A stretch of DNA of 64,000 bases. It comes from Acidobacteriota bacterium. Lineage in GTDB: Bacteria; Acidobacteriota; Holophagae; Holophagales; Holophagaceae. The stretch spans positions 59,171 through 123,170 of the forward strand of contig JACQZU010000022.1 of assembly GCA_016213735.1 (NCBI GenBank), in the 5' to 3' direction. Below, piece by piece: positions 51,451 through 60,388 of this stretch. The notes beneath the pieces are model-generated. The model was not told the DNA's origin and searched no databases. It was given only the letters and a program-made list of their open reading frames with translations. Position 1 is the first letter of the stretch, and each line of letters starts with the position of its first letter. The position numbers and the translations under genes are program-made.

Positions 51451-51481
51451 GGAAACGAAAACCCCCCGCCGGAGCGGGGGG
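51451..51481 (-). terminator. intrinsic-terminator-like hairpin plus U-tract in the ilvA leader, just 5' of the ilvA RBS; possible attenuator
   Basis: On the minus-strand RNA: CCCCCCGC-UCCG-GCGGGGGG (8-bp GC stem, 4-nt loop), then UUUUCGUUUCC, then AGGAG, then AUG(ilvA). Confidence 0.5.
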
Positions 51482-51620
51482 TGTCACGGGGTTCGGACCC
51501 TTCAGGCCCTGGCCCGCGCCCCCCCGGAGGGGCTGATGATCCCCTGGATGGGAGGGTGGGAGGAACGGGGCATGGGCCACGCTAGCACCCGTCCCCGGAG
51601 CCCGCAAGCGGGCGCACCCC

Positions 51621-52472
51621 TCAATCCAGCGCCACCAGGACCAGGCGGTCGTTGACCCAGCGGGCCCGGAACAGGCCGCCCTGAGGAAGGGACACCTGCC
51701 CCTCCCAGGCATGGCGGAAGGGCCCCCGCTGGCTTCGGGAGCTGCGGCCCGACACCCTGCCGGGGTCTTCCGGAAGGGCCTGGAGGGCCATCCTTCGCTG
51801 CTCCAGGATCCGCCGGAAGGCCTCGGGGTCCGAGGGCACCGTCTGAAACTCCCCGGACCCCTGCCGGAGCCGCTCCAGGCCACCGGGGTCCGCGAGGGTT
51901 CGGGCTGCCTCGGAGAAGCGGCGCCAGGCGGCCGAATCCCGCGCCGCCCGGATGGCCGCCACCTGGGTTTTCGCCAGGGATCGCAGCTCCTCGGGGTCCC
52001 GGGCGAGGATCAGGCGGACGAGGCCTTCCCCCCGGGCCTGCCCGAAGGGCCCGCCGTGGTCCACCACCGCGTCCAGCCAGGTGCCCCCGGGCGCCTTCAC
52101 CCGCACCCAGAGGCGCCAGGGCGAGGCCTGGACCCGGTAGTCCGGGCCTTCCCTGGGCGCCTGGGGCGGCGGCCGGAAGCCCTCCCTGAGCTCCCGGACC
52201 CGAGCCAGGAAAGCCTCCTCGCTGCCGTAGGCCTCCGCCAGGGCCGGATTGGCCCGGTAGAGCTGGCGGGCCCGGTCCTCGGTGCGGAGGCGCGTGGCGA
52301 GGTCCTGCACCAGGACCCAGGACGCCCCGTGCATGTTCCGCATGGAGAAGACCAGTCCCGCCCCGAAGAGCAGGACCGCCAGGGCCAGGACCCCCGCCCC
52401 AAGGACCAGGGGCCCCCACCAGGCCCGGGCGGGGCGCTGGGGGGTGTAGGTGTCCCAGGAAGAATCGCTCAC
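51621..52472 (-). CDS. membrane-anchored hypothetical protein
   Basis: N-terminal TM helix, then a soluble domain with no recognisable family; a GTG start overlaps the upstream stop (GTGA). Confidence 0.5.
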   Translation of the reverse strand: MSDSSWDTYTPQRPARAWWGPLVLGAGVLALAVLLFGAGLVFSMRNMHGASWVLVQDLATRLRTEDRARQLYRANPALAEAYGSEEAFLARVRELREGFRPPPQAPREGPDYRVQASPWRLWVRVKAPGGTWLDAVVDHGGPFGQARGEGLVRLILARDPEELRSLAKTQVAAIRAARDSAAWRRFSEAARTLADPGGLERLRQGSGEFQTVPSDPEAFRRILEQRRMALQALPEDPGRVSGRSSRSQRGPFRHAWEGQVSLPQGGLFRARWVNDRLVLVALD

Positions 52473-53626
52473 GGGGCCCCGAAATCCAGGACGTAGGCAT
52501 CGTCCCGCAGGACGGGCACCGCGATCCCCCCGGCGTCCAGGAGGTCCAGGGCCCGCACCCTCACCGCGGGCATGATCTCAGGCACGTAGACCCGGTCGAT
52601 GTGGATGACGGCGTCGGGGCTCGAGAACTGGGCGGGGCCCACGGTACCCCCGAAGTGGTCGCTGCGGCCGAAGGCGATGTGGAGGCCCAGCTTCTCGTCC
52701 AGCAGCACGGAGCCGATGGGCTTGATGCCGAAGGCCGCCAGCACCCCCAGGCCCAGTTCCGCCAGGTTGGCGTAGGCGGGCTCGCCCCGGATGAGGGCGG
52801 CCTCCCGGGAGGACTCGGGGCCCTCGGAGAGCACCGCCACCGCCCGGTTGCCTTCGATGCGGTAGCGCACCACCTCGGGGCCGAACTGCACGGGCAGCTC
52901 GCCGGCGCTGCGGCTGGGATCCCCCGGCCGCTCCCCCTCGTAGGGCACGAGGTAGGCCTCCCCGGAGGGCAGGTTTCCGGCCACACCGTTCCTGGGCAGC
53001 AGGCCCCCCGAGGCGTGGGCCGTGCGCCCGCGGAGGTCCAGGTGCAGCTCGCAGGTTCCTCCGGGGTGGGCGAAGCGGAGGTGGGCCCCCTCGGCGTGGT
53101 CCAGCAGGGTCTTCAGGCGCTCCACCCTGCGGTTGATCTCCGTGTAGTCCAGGCGCAGGGCGGGGATCATCTCCGGGCCGAAGCCCGGCATGGTGGCGGC
53201 CCGGAAAGGGTGGCTCCGGGCGGCGATCTTCAGCGGGGCCGTGGCGGAAAAATGGGTGGGGGCGATCAGCATGCTGTGGGCGGCGTAGATGTCCGGGAAG
53301 GGGACCGAGGCGGCCGGATCCAGCGCCTCCGCCGCGGCCGGGAGGGGGCCGCCCCCGTGGATCCAGGCCCGCTCCGGGAGCTCGCCGTTGTTGCTGTGGG
53401 CGTTCCGGTACAACACGAGGCGTACCGCGTAGCCGGGGCCCGTCCGGCCGGCGAGGAGGGCGCACCAGTCCGCCGCCATGGCCCGTCGCTGGGCCCAGCC
53501 GGGGGTGTCGGCCACCTGTGCGTCCGGGAGGTCCACCAGGATGGCCAGGCCCCGGTCCGCGGGGCCCGGCTGGAAGACCCGGGCCACCAGTGCCTCCAGT
53601 TCGGCGCCGCTCAGGGCTTCGGCCAT
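52469..53626 (-). CDS. aminopeptidase-like protein (M29/aminopeptidase-T-like, tentative)
   Basis: About 385 aa; …GNLPSGEAY…, …LHIAFG… and C-terminal His/Asp motifs reminiscent of M29 peptidases. Confidence 0.45.
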   Translation of the reverse strand: MAEALSGAELEALVARVFQPGPADRGLAILVDLPDAQVADTPGWAQRRAMAADWCALLAGRTGPGYAVRLVLYRNAHSNNGELPERAWIHGGGPLPAAAEALDPAASVPFPDIYAAHSMLIAPTHFSATAPLKIAARSHPFRAATMPGFGPEMIPALRLDYTEINRRVERLKTLLDHAEGAHLRFAHPGGTCELHLDLRGRTAHASGGLLPRNGVAGNLPSGEAYLVPYEGERPGDPSRSAGELPVQFGPEVVRYRIEGNRAVAVLSEGPESSREAALIRGEPAYANLAELGLGVLAAFGIKPIGSVLLDEKLGLHIAFGRSDHFGGTVGPAQFSSPDAVIHIDRVYVPEIMPAVRVRALDLLDAGGIAVPVLRDDAYVLDFGAP

Positions 53627-53712
53627 GGTCCACCTCCGGGGCGAGGATGCACCGGCTCCCGGCGCCTGTCGAGGGTTCGCCGACACGACCATACTGGGAG
53701 GGGGAGGGTCCC

Positions 53713-54759
53713 ATGGCGGAGAAGAGCATGGCGGGAAGCCTGGAACGGCGGGACCTGTTCAAATTCGGCGCCGCGGCGGCGGCCGGGCTGTTGGCGGAGC
53801 GGCTGTCGGCGGCCGAACCGGCGGCGCAGGCGGCGCCCCTGCCATGGAACCAGGCCACCGCGCGGGCCATGCCCACCCGCAACCTGGGCCGCACGGGGCA
53901 CCTGGTGGGGCTCTTCAGCCTCGGCGGGCAGGCGGCCCTCGAAAAACCCCAGAACGAGGCGGTGGCCCTTCCCATCCTGGAACGGGCCCTGGACCTGGGC
54001 GTGAACTACATCGACACCTCCGCCCGCTACGGCGGCGAGGCGCGCTGGAGCGAGCAGTACATCGGCCAGGTCATGAAACGGCGGCGGGCCGAGGCCTACC
54101 TGGCCACCAAGACCCACGACCGCAGCCGGGACGGCTCCCTGAAGCTGCTGGAGAAGTCCCTGGAGCTCCTGCAGACGGACCGCGTGGACCTCTGGCAGCT
54201 CCACGCCATGAGCACCCTGGAGGACGTGGAGAAGGTCTTCGCCAAGGGCGGGGCCATCGAGGCCTTCCTTAGGGCCCGGGAGCAGAAGCTCGTGCGTCAC
54301 CTGGGGCTCTCCGGGCACACGGACCCCGAGGTGCTGGCGGAAGCCATCCGGCGCTTCCCCTTCGACTGCGTGCTCATGGCCATCAACGCCGCGGACCCCT
54401 TCCACCTGAGCTTCAGAAAGCTCCTGGACCTGGCGGTGGAGAAGCGCATGGGCATCATCGGGATGAAGATCCCCGCCCGGGGACGCCTCCTCTCCAGCTG
54501 GACCCCCCCGCCGCCGGAGCAGCAGCGGGGCGCCACCAAGGTCACCCGGGGCGGGGCCCTCACGATCCAGGAGGCCCTGGGCTACGTGCTCACGCTGCCC
54601 GTCTCCACCGTCATCCTCGGCGTGGACACCCTCGCCCAGCTGGAGGAGGACGTGGCCATCGCCCGGGCCTTCACGCCCTTCAGCCCCGAGCAGATGGCCG
54701 CGCTGGAGAAGCGGGCGGAACCCGTGGCCCGCCAGTCCCTCTGGTTCCGCCGCTGGTAG
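53713..54759 (+). CDS. Tat-exported aldo/keto reductase family oxidoreductase
   Basis: Twin-arginine signal (RRDLFKFGAAAAAG) and AKR fold (…LGVNYIDTSARYG…, …LGLSGH…). Confidence 0.8.
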   Translation: MAEKSMAGSLERRDLFKFGAAAAAGLLAERLSAAEPAAQAAPLPWNQATARAMPTRNLGRTGHLVGLFSLGGQAALEKPQNEAVALPILERALDLGVNYIDTSARYGGEARWSEQYIGQVMKRRRAEAYLATKTHDRSRDGSLKLLEKSLELLQTDRVDLWQLHAMSTLEDVEKVFAKGGAIEAFLRAREQKLVRHLGLSGHTDPEVLAEAIRRFPFDCVLMAINAADPFHLSFRKLLDLAVEKRMGIIGMKIPARGRLLSSWTPPPPEQQRGATKVTRGGALTIQEALGYVLTLPVSTVILGVDTLAQLEEDVAIARAFTPFSPEQMAALEKRAEPVARQSLWFRRW

Positions 54760-54816
54760 GACGCCCAACGCGGGAAGGGCCGGCGCAGGCCGGCCCTCCA
54801 GGCGTCCCGGTGGGCC

Positions 54817-55623
54817 TCACTCCACCGTGATGCTGCCGTTCACGGTGCTCAGGGCAATCTTCTGGTCGCCCCCGGGGAAGGTGGCCTCCATGTGCCGTTT
54901 GGAAACCTCCACCTGCTCGGCGCCCTTGGCCTTGAAGCTCATGGATCCGTTCACCGTCGAGGCCCTGAGGCGGCCCTTGAGCCCCTCGGTCTGAAGCTTC
55001 ACCGACCCGTTCACCGTGGAGGCCTCGATGCCCCGGCCGCCACCCTCGAGGCCCCGGCCCTGGATGCTGCCATTCACGGTGTTCAGGTGCAGGGCGCCCT
55101 TCACCTGCTCGAGGTTGATGGCGCCGTTCACCGTGCTCGCCTTCAGCCCCTCCCCCAGCTCGGAGGCGCGGATGCCGCCGTTCACCGTCTTACAGGCGGC
55201 GTCGCCCGAAACCCCCGCCAGGGTGATCTCCCCGTTCACGGTTTCCAGGGTGGCGAAGACCTTGCGGGGCACCTTCAGCTCCATCTTGCACTCGGGTCCC
55301 CGGTAACCGAACCAGCCGTTGGACTTGGGGTACTCCCCCCGGATCTCCAGCCCCTTGGGGCCGCTGTCCAGGATCACCTTCACCTGCTCATCCTTGGAGC
55401 TGGGCTTGAACTCGCCCTTGAAGACGACCTCCTCCCGGTCCCAGCCCTCCACCCGGATGAAGCCGTTCACGTTCTTGACCTTCAGCGTGGAGCCACTGGC
55501 CAGGGCCAGGGTGCGGGTCTCGGTGACCGTCTCCGCCTGGGCGGGATGGATCACCACCGGGTCCCCGGCGGCGAGGGGCGCGAGGACGAGCACAAAAGCC
55601 GCGAGGCGGCGGGGCAGGGACAT
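54817..55623 (-). CDS. secreted DUF4097-like putative adhesin with repeated TVNG beta-strand motif
   Basis: Signal peptide, then at least seven periodic '…STVNGSI…' repeats. Confidence 0.6.
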   Translation of the reverse strand: MSLPRRLAAFVLVLAPLAAGDPVVIHPAQAETVTETRTLALASGSTLKVKNVNGFIRVEGWDREEVVFKGEFKPSSKDEQVKVILDSGPKGLEIRGEYPKSNGWFGYRGPECKMELKVPRKVFATLETVNGEITLAGVSGDAACKTVNGGIRASELGEGLKASTVNGAINLEQVKGALHLNTVNGSIQGRGLEGGGRGIEASTVNGSVKLQTEGLKGRLRASTVNGSMSFKAKGAEQVEVSKRHMEATFPGGDQKIALSTVNGSITVE

Positions 55624-55758
55624 GGCTTCCTCCTTGTCAGAGAACGGTTCGCGGTCGGCTACGAGGGAAGCCGTAGGGGGTTTAGGCGAGCGGGGGGCTC
55701 CTCGGGAGGCCCGTATCATGGGACGGGTCAAGGGGAGGCGGCCATCGCAAAGCGGCCA

Positions 55759-56457
55759 TGGAAAAGGAGGATCCTGAGGATCGCCCTGTGGTCGGCGGGG
55801 GCCTTCCTGGCCCTGGGCGTGCTGCCGGTGGCCTGTTTCCGCTTCGTCCCGGTGCCCACCTCCTCCCTGATCCTGGAGCGGCGGGTGGAGGCCTGGTCCG
55901 CGGGGAAGCCCTGGAAGCCGCAGAAGGCCTGGGTGCCCCTGGAGCAGATCGCCCCGGCCATGGGGCTGGCCGTGATGGCGGCGGAGGACCAGAACTTCGC
56001 GGAACACGCCGGCTTCGACTGGGGGGCCATCGAGCAGGCCATGGCCCACAACGAGGTCAGCCGGCGGAAGCGGGGCGCCTCCACCATCTCCCAGCAGACC
56101 GCCAAGAACCTCTTCCTCTGGCCTTCGAGGTCCTGGGTGCGCAAGGGCTTCGAGGCCTGGTTCACCCTGCTCCTGGAGGCGGGCTGGCCCAAGCGCCGCA
56201 TCCTGGAGGTGTACCTGAACGTCGTGGAGTTCGGCGACGGCGTCTTCGGGGTGGAGGCCGCCTCCCGGGCCTTCTTCCGCAAGCCCGCCAAGGCCCTGCG
56301 CCCCGAGGAGGCTGCCCTCCTGGCCGCCGTGCTGCCCAACCCCCGCCGCTTCCGCGCCGACCGCCCCAGCCCCTACATCCTGGGCCGGCGGGACTGGATC
56401 CTGAACCAGATGCGCCTCATGGGCGGCGAGCAGGTGGTGCGGGACCTGGGGAAGTGA
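55759..56457 (+). CDS. mtgA: monofunctional biosynthetic peptidoglycan transglycosylase (start codon anomalous)
   Basis: GT51 motifs (…[15 protein letters not shown]…, [16 protein letters not shown], …[19 protein letters not shown]…). The conserved frame has no start codon; the nearest ATG (55758-55760) is displaced by +1. Confidence 0.7.
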   Translation, partial: WKRRILRIALWSAGAFLALGVLPVACFRFVPVPTSSLILERRVEAWSAGKPWKPQKAWVPLEQIAPAMGLAVMAAEDQNFAEHAGFDWGAIEQAMAHNEVSRRKRGASTISQQTAKNLFLWPSRSWVRKGFEAWFTLLLEAGWPKRRILEVYLNVVEFGDGVFGVEAASRAFFRKPAKALRPEEAALLAAVLPNPRRFRADRPSPYILGRRDWILNQMRLMGGEQVVRDLGK

Positions 56458-56520
56458 GGCCCGGACCGGCAGGGACCGTCCCGGTGGTGGATTTCCTCCT
56501 CTTTTCCTGGGCCCCCCGTC

Positions 56521-57693
56521 TCAGCCCCGCTCCGCGGCGATGCGGCGCAGGGCCGCGTGCAGGGCTTCCAGGTCCGACTCGGTGTTGTAGGCCTGCACGC
56601 TGACGCGCACGAAGACCCGGCCCCGGTGGCGGGTGACCGGCACCTCGATGCAGAAGCGCTCGAAGAGGGCGCGCCGCAGGTCTTCCGGGTCCGCCGCGGG
56701 GAAGGGCAGGCAGGCCATCTGGGCGAAGTCCCCGTCCTCCGCGATGGGCTCGACGCCGTGCTCGGCGCAATGCCGGGCCAGCGCCTCCACGGCCAGGCGG
56801 TGGCACTGGGCCCGCAGCGCGGGCCAAGCGTGGCGCCGCTGGAATTCGATGGCCGCGGGGACCGCCAGGAAGGCCGAGAGGTCCCGGGTGCCCTGCCACT
56901 GGAGGCGCCGCTCCAGGACACTCTCACCGGTGTAGGACTCGAATCCCCTGTGGCCGCCGGAGGCCGCGCTGTAGCCCCAGCTCACCACCGGCGCGTGGAG
57001 CTTTTCGTGGTGCTCGGCCCGCGCGTGGAGGAAGCCCGCGCCCTTCGGGGCGCAGAGCCACTTGTGGCCATTGCCGGTGTAGAAGTCCGCGCCCAGGGCG
57101 TCCAGGTCCAGGTCGAGCTGCCCCGGAGCGTGGGCGCCGTCCACCAGGCTGAGGATTCCCCCCTCCCGGGCCCGGCGGCACAGGCCCTCCAGGGGGAAGA
57201 CGAGACCCGTGGTGGAGGTGAGGTGGCTGACGAAGATGAGCCGGGTCCGCGGTGTCACCCCCGCCCAGAGGCGATCCAGGAATTCCGCCGGGCGGAAGGG
57301 CAGGGGGATCTCCACCCTGCGGACTACGGCCCCGCGCCGCTCGGCCACCCAATCCCAGGTGTTGTCGCAGGCGCCGTACTCGTGGTCCGTGGTGAGGACC
57401 TCGTCCCCGGGGGTGAATTCCAGCGAGCGGGCCACGATGTTGACGCCGGTGGTGGCGTTGGGGACGAAGACCAGGTCGGATCCCTTCGCCCCCAGGTGGG
57501 CAGCGAGCAGCCCCCGGGCCTCCCGCAGCAGGGAGGCGGAGCGCCGGGCCAGGAAGTCCACGGGGTTCCGTTCCATCTCCAACTGCAGGCTGCGCTGCGC
57601 CTCCAGCACCTCCCGCGGGCAGGCGCCGAAGGAACCGTGGTTCAGGAAGACGGTCCCGGGGTCCAGGAGGAAGTGCTCGCGCATGGCAACCAT
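56521..57693 (-). CDS. class V aminotransferase (isopenicillin-N-epimerase / cysteine-desulfurase-like PLP enzyme)
   Basis: …TTDHEYGA…, …VDGAHAPGQLDLDL…, and …GNGHKWLCAPKGAGFL… (the PLP-lysine region). Confidence 0.8.
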   Translation of the reverse strand: MVAMREHFLLDPGTVFLNHGSFGACPREVLEAQRSLQLEMERNPVDFLARRSASLLREARGLLAAHLGAKGSDLVFVPNATTGVNIVARSLEFTPGDEVLTTDHEYGACDNTWDWVAERRGAVVRRVEIPLPFRPAEFLDRLWAGVTPRTRLIFVSHLTSTTGLVFPLEGLCRRAREGGILSLVDGAHAPGQLDLDLDALGADFYTGNGHKWLCAPKGAGFLHARAEHHEKLHAPVVSWGYSAASGGHRGFESYTGESVLERRLQWQGTRDLSAFLAVPAAIEFQRRHAWPALRAQCHRLAVEALARHCAEHGVEPIAEDGDFAQMACLPFPAADPEDLRRALFERFCIEVPVTRHRGRVFVRVSVQAYNTESDLEALHAALRRIAAERG

Positions 57694-57769
57694 GCTCGCA
57701 GGGGTGGACGCTGCGGAACACCGCGACCCGGGCAGCTTCCCGAAGCCGCCCTTTGCCCCCACGGAGCCT

Positions 57770-58141
57770 TCACCCCCAGCCCAGCTCCTCCAGGCGCTCC
57801 TCCCCGATTCCGAAATGGTGCGCCAGCTCGTGCACCACGGTGATCGCCACTTCCCGGCGCAGATCCTCCGGATCCGGGAAGTCCTCCTGCAAGGGGCCCC
57901 GGAAGATGTGGATCCGTCCGGGAAGCTCCCCGGGGAGGGTGCCCCCCTCCGTCAAGGGGTGGCCAAGGAACACTCCGTAGAGGCTCTCACCGACCGGGAC
58001 CTCCATTTCTTCCAGCAGGGCCGGGTCGGGCCAGTCTTCCACCAGGACTTCCACGTTCTCCAGGTAGGGCTGGAAACCTGCCGGGATGAGCCCCAGGGCC
58101 TCCTGGACCAAGTCTTGGAAGGAGTCGCGAGGCAGGGACAC
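57770..58141 (-). CDS. putative zinc metallopeptidase-family protein (HExxH)
   Basis: 123 aa with a …VVHELAHHFG… motif. Confidence 0.55.
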   Translation of the reverse strand: MSLPRDSFQDLVQEALGLIPAGFQPYLENVEVLVEDWPDPALLEEMEVPVGESLYGVFLGHPLTEGGTLPGELPGRIHIFRGPLQEDFPDPEDLRREVAITVVHELAHHFGIGEERLEELGWG

Positions 58142-58193
58142 GGTGGCTCCGAAGGGGCCCCCGGTGGGGGGCGGGGCGGACCGCGGGCCCCGC

Positions 58194-58205
58194 TTGAATT
58201 TTCAA
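58194..58205. promoter_or_regulatory. palindromic site TTGAA-TT-TTCAA upstream of the Ig-like/TlpA lipoprotein operon
   Basis: Perfect 5-bp arms. Additional TTGAA half-sites lie downstream, inside a locally AT-rich 140-bp promoter region. Confidence 0.3.
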
Positions 58206-58281
58206 TGAAAGCCCTTGAAAAGACCTCAGGGTGAAGATAAACAGGATGGACCTATCACAAATCACTATGGGAGGCATCCAG

Positions 58282-59835
58282 ATGCTCGGTATTTTCTCCA
58301 GCTCCGTACGAAGGGCAGGACCTTTCACCCTCCTATCCATCGCAGCGTCCCTGGGATTGGCCGTGGCCCTCGCCTGCAGCGGCGGCGGCGGGGGCGGCGG
58401 CGGCAACGGGCCCGCCAACTCCGCGCCGACCTGGACCGCCCAGCCCACGAGCCAGAACGCCCTGCGGGGCTCCACGGTGACCTTTTCCGCCGGGGCCACC
58501 GGCACCCCCAACCCCACCCTCCAGTGGCGCAAGGGCGGCGTGAACCTGAGTGGACAGACCAACGGCAGCCTCGCCCTCCCCAGCGTCACGGTGAATGACG
58601 AGGGGAGCTACGACGTGGTGGCCAGCAACGCCGCAGGCAGCATCACCTCCTCGGCCGCCACCCTGACCGTCGAGTGGGCGCCGGTCTTCAGCTCCCAGCC
58701 GGCCCACCAGGCCGTGTCGGCCCCGGCGCCGGCCACCTTCACGGTCGGCATCGACGCCAAGCCCAGCGCCTCCTTCCAGTGGCAGTCCAGCACCAACGGC
58801 AGCACCTGGTTCGACATCAGCGGAGCCACCCAGGCCAGCTTCACCACCGGCGCCACCAGCGGCACCATGCACGGAACCCAGTACCGCTGCCTCGCCAGCA
58901 ACAGCCGCGGCACCACCCCCAGCAGCCCCGCCACCCTGAGCGTGAACGTGCCCAACCACACGCTCACCGTCACCCTGGGGGCCGGGACCACTGGCACGCC
59001 CAACGCCAGCAACAGCTACCCTGCCGGCACGGTCGTGAACTACAGCTACACCGCCCAGGCGGGCTATTCGAACCTCGTGGTCCGGCTGGACGGCACCCCG
59101 GTCCCGGCGGCGGGCACCGTCACCATGAACGGGCCCCACACCCTCACGACCAGCGCCACCCTCAACGGGTACACCGTCACCTTCGTGGCCGGCGCGGGAG
59201 GCACAATCACCGGGAACGCATCCCAGACGGTGGCCCCGGGCGGGAACTGCACGGCCGTGACCGCGGTCCCCAATTCGGGTTTCAGCTTCACCAACTGGAC
59301 CGGGGCCGGCTTCACCACCTCCACGAGCAACCCCCTCACCGTCAACAACGTCACCCAGAACCTGACCATCACCGCGAACTTCAGCTCCGCACCGCCCGTG
59401 GGCGTCAACGTGGGCAACACGGCCCTCGACTTCAGCGGCACCAACTGGGACGGCGCCACGGTGAGCCTCAGCTCCCTGCGGGGGAAGGTGGTCCTCTTCG
59501 ACTTCTCCGGGGTCTGGTGTTACTGGTGCAAGGTGGAGGCGCCCCACCTCCAGGCAAAATACGTGGAATTGAAGGCCAAGGGCCTGGAGGTCATCACGGT
59601 CCTGAGCCAGAACGCCAGCGGGGGCGTGTCCAACCAGACGGACTGCGTCAACTGGAAGAACACCTACGGCCTGACCTTCTTCGTGATCACCGACCCTGCC
59701 CGGATCTACACCAACTACGGGATCACGGGCTGGCCCACGAACTTCATCGTGGACCGCAACGGCGTCATCAAATACAAGATCATCGGGGCGGACGAACCGG
59801 CCATCGATGCCGCCCTGGCGGCCCTCCTGCCCTGA
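58282..59835 (+). CDS. lipoprotein fusing Ig-like (I-set) domains, a Listeria-Bacteroides-type repeat and a C-terminal TlpA-like thioredoxin domain
   Basis: Lipobox (…LGLAVALAC|SGGGG), two I-set-like domains (…GSYDVVASNAAGSITSSAATLTV…), a repeat (…YTVTFVAGAGGTITGN…GFSFTNWTG…), and a thioredoxin fold with WCYWC active site. Confidence 0.7.
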   Translation: MLGIFSSSVRRAGPFTLLSIAASLGLAVALACSGGGGGGGGNGPANSAPTWTAQPTSQNALRGSTVTFSAGATGTPNPTLQWRKGGVNLSGQTNGSLALPSVTVNDEGSYDVVASNAAGSITSSAATLTVEWAPVFSSQPAHQAVSAPAPATFTVGIDAKPSASFQWQSSTNGSTWFDISGATQASFTTGATSGTMHGTQYRCLASNSRGTTPSSPATLSVNVPNHTLTVTLGAGTTGTPNASNSYPAGTVVNYSYTAQAGYSNLVVRLDGTPVPAAGTVTMNGPHTLTTSATLNGYTVTFVAGAGGTITGNASQTVAPGGNCTAVTAVPNSGFSFTNWTGAGFTTSTSNPLTVNNVTQNLTITANFSSAPPVGVNVGNTALDFSGTNWDGATVSLSSLRGKVVLFDFSGVWCYWCKVEAPHLQAKYVELKAKGLEVITVLSQNASGGVSNQTDCVNWKNTYGLTFFVITDPARIYTNYGITGWPTNFIVDRNGVIKYKIIGADEPAIDAALAALLP

Positions 59836-59908
59836 CCGGGGGACCCCATCCTGAACGGGCCGGCGCCACACCGCCGGCCCGCGGCCCCTCGCCATACGGA
59901 GACACCCC

Positions 59909-60388
59909 ATGCCTCGACGAATCCTGACCCTGCTCCTGGGCGCCCTCCTGGCGCTGCCCGCCCTGGGGGGCCCCGCCCCGGACTTCTCCCTCCGGCGGAC
60001 GGACGGCAGCGTCTTCCGCCTGAAGGACCACCTGGGCAAGCAGGTCATCCTGGTGGACTTCTGGGCCACCTGGTGCGGGCCCTGCACCAAGCTCCTGAAG
60101 AAGCTGCAGGAGATGAAGGACAAGTACCCGGACGTCCTCGTGGTGGCCATCTCCATCGACGACGCGGGCTCCCAGGCCAAGGTGGCCCAGTACATCCAGG
60201 GGCGGGGCTACACCTTCACGGTCCTGCTCGATCCGGACACTGCGGTGTGCAAGATGTTCAATCCCCAGGCTGGCATCCCCTTCACCTTCATCGTGGACAA
60301 GAAGGGAGAGGTGGCCTACACCCACACGGGCTACCTGCCGGGCCAGGAGAAGGAACTGGCCGAGAAGCTCGAGGCCCTCCGGAAATGA
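59909..60388 (+). CDS. TlpA-family periplasmic thiol:disulfide oxidoreductase
   Basis: Signal peptide and a thioredoxin fold with WCGPC active site. Confidence 0.8.
   Translation: MPRRILTLLLGALLALPALGGPAPDFSLRRTDGSVFRLKDHLGKQVILVDFWATWCGPCTKLLKKLQEMKDKYPDVLVVAISIDDAGSQAKVAQYIQGRGYTFTVLLDPDTAVCKMFNPQAGIPFTFIVDKKGEVAYTHTGYLPGQEKELAEKLEALRK

Noticed and set aside
55758-56603. ORF 55758..56603 beginning with the ATG ([15 protein letters not shown]…)
   Set aside because: Translation is Gly/Pro/Arg-rich junk, while the +1 frame encodes a complete MtgA; the ATG probably belongs to mtgA with a 1-nt indel.
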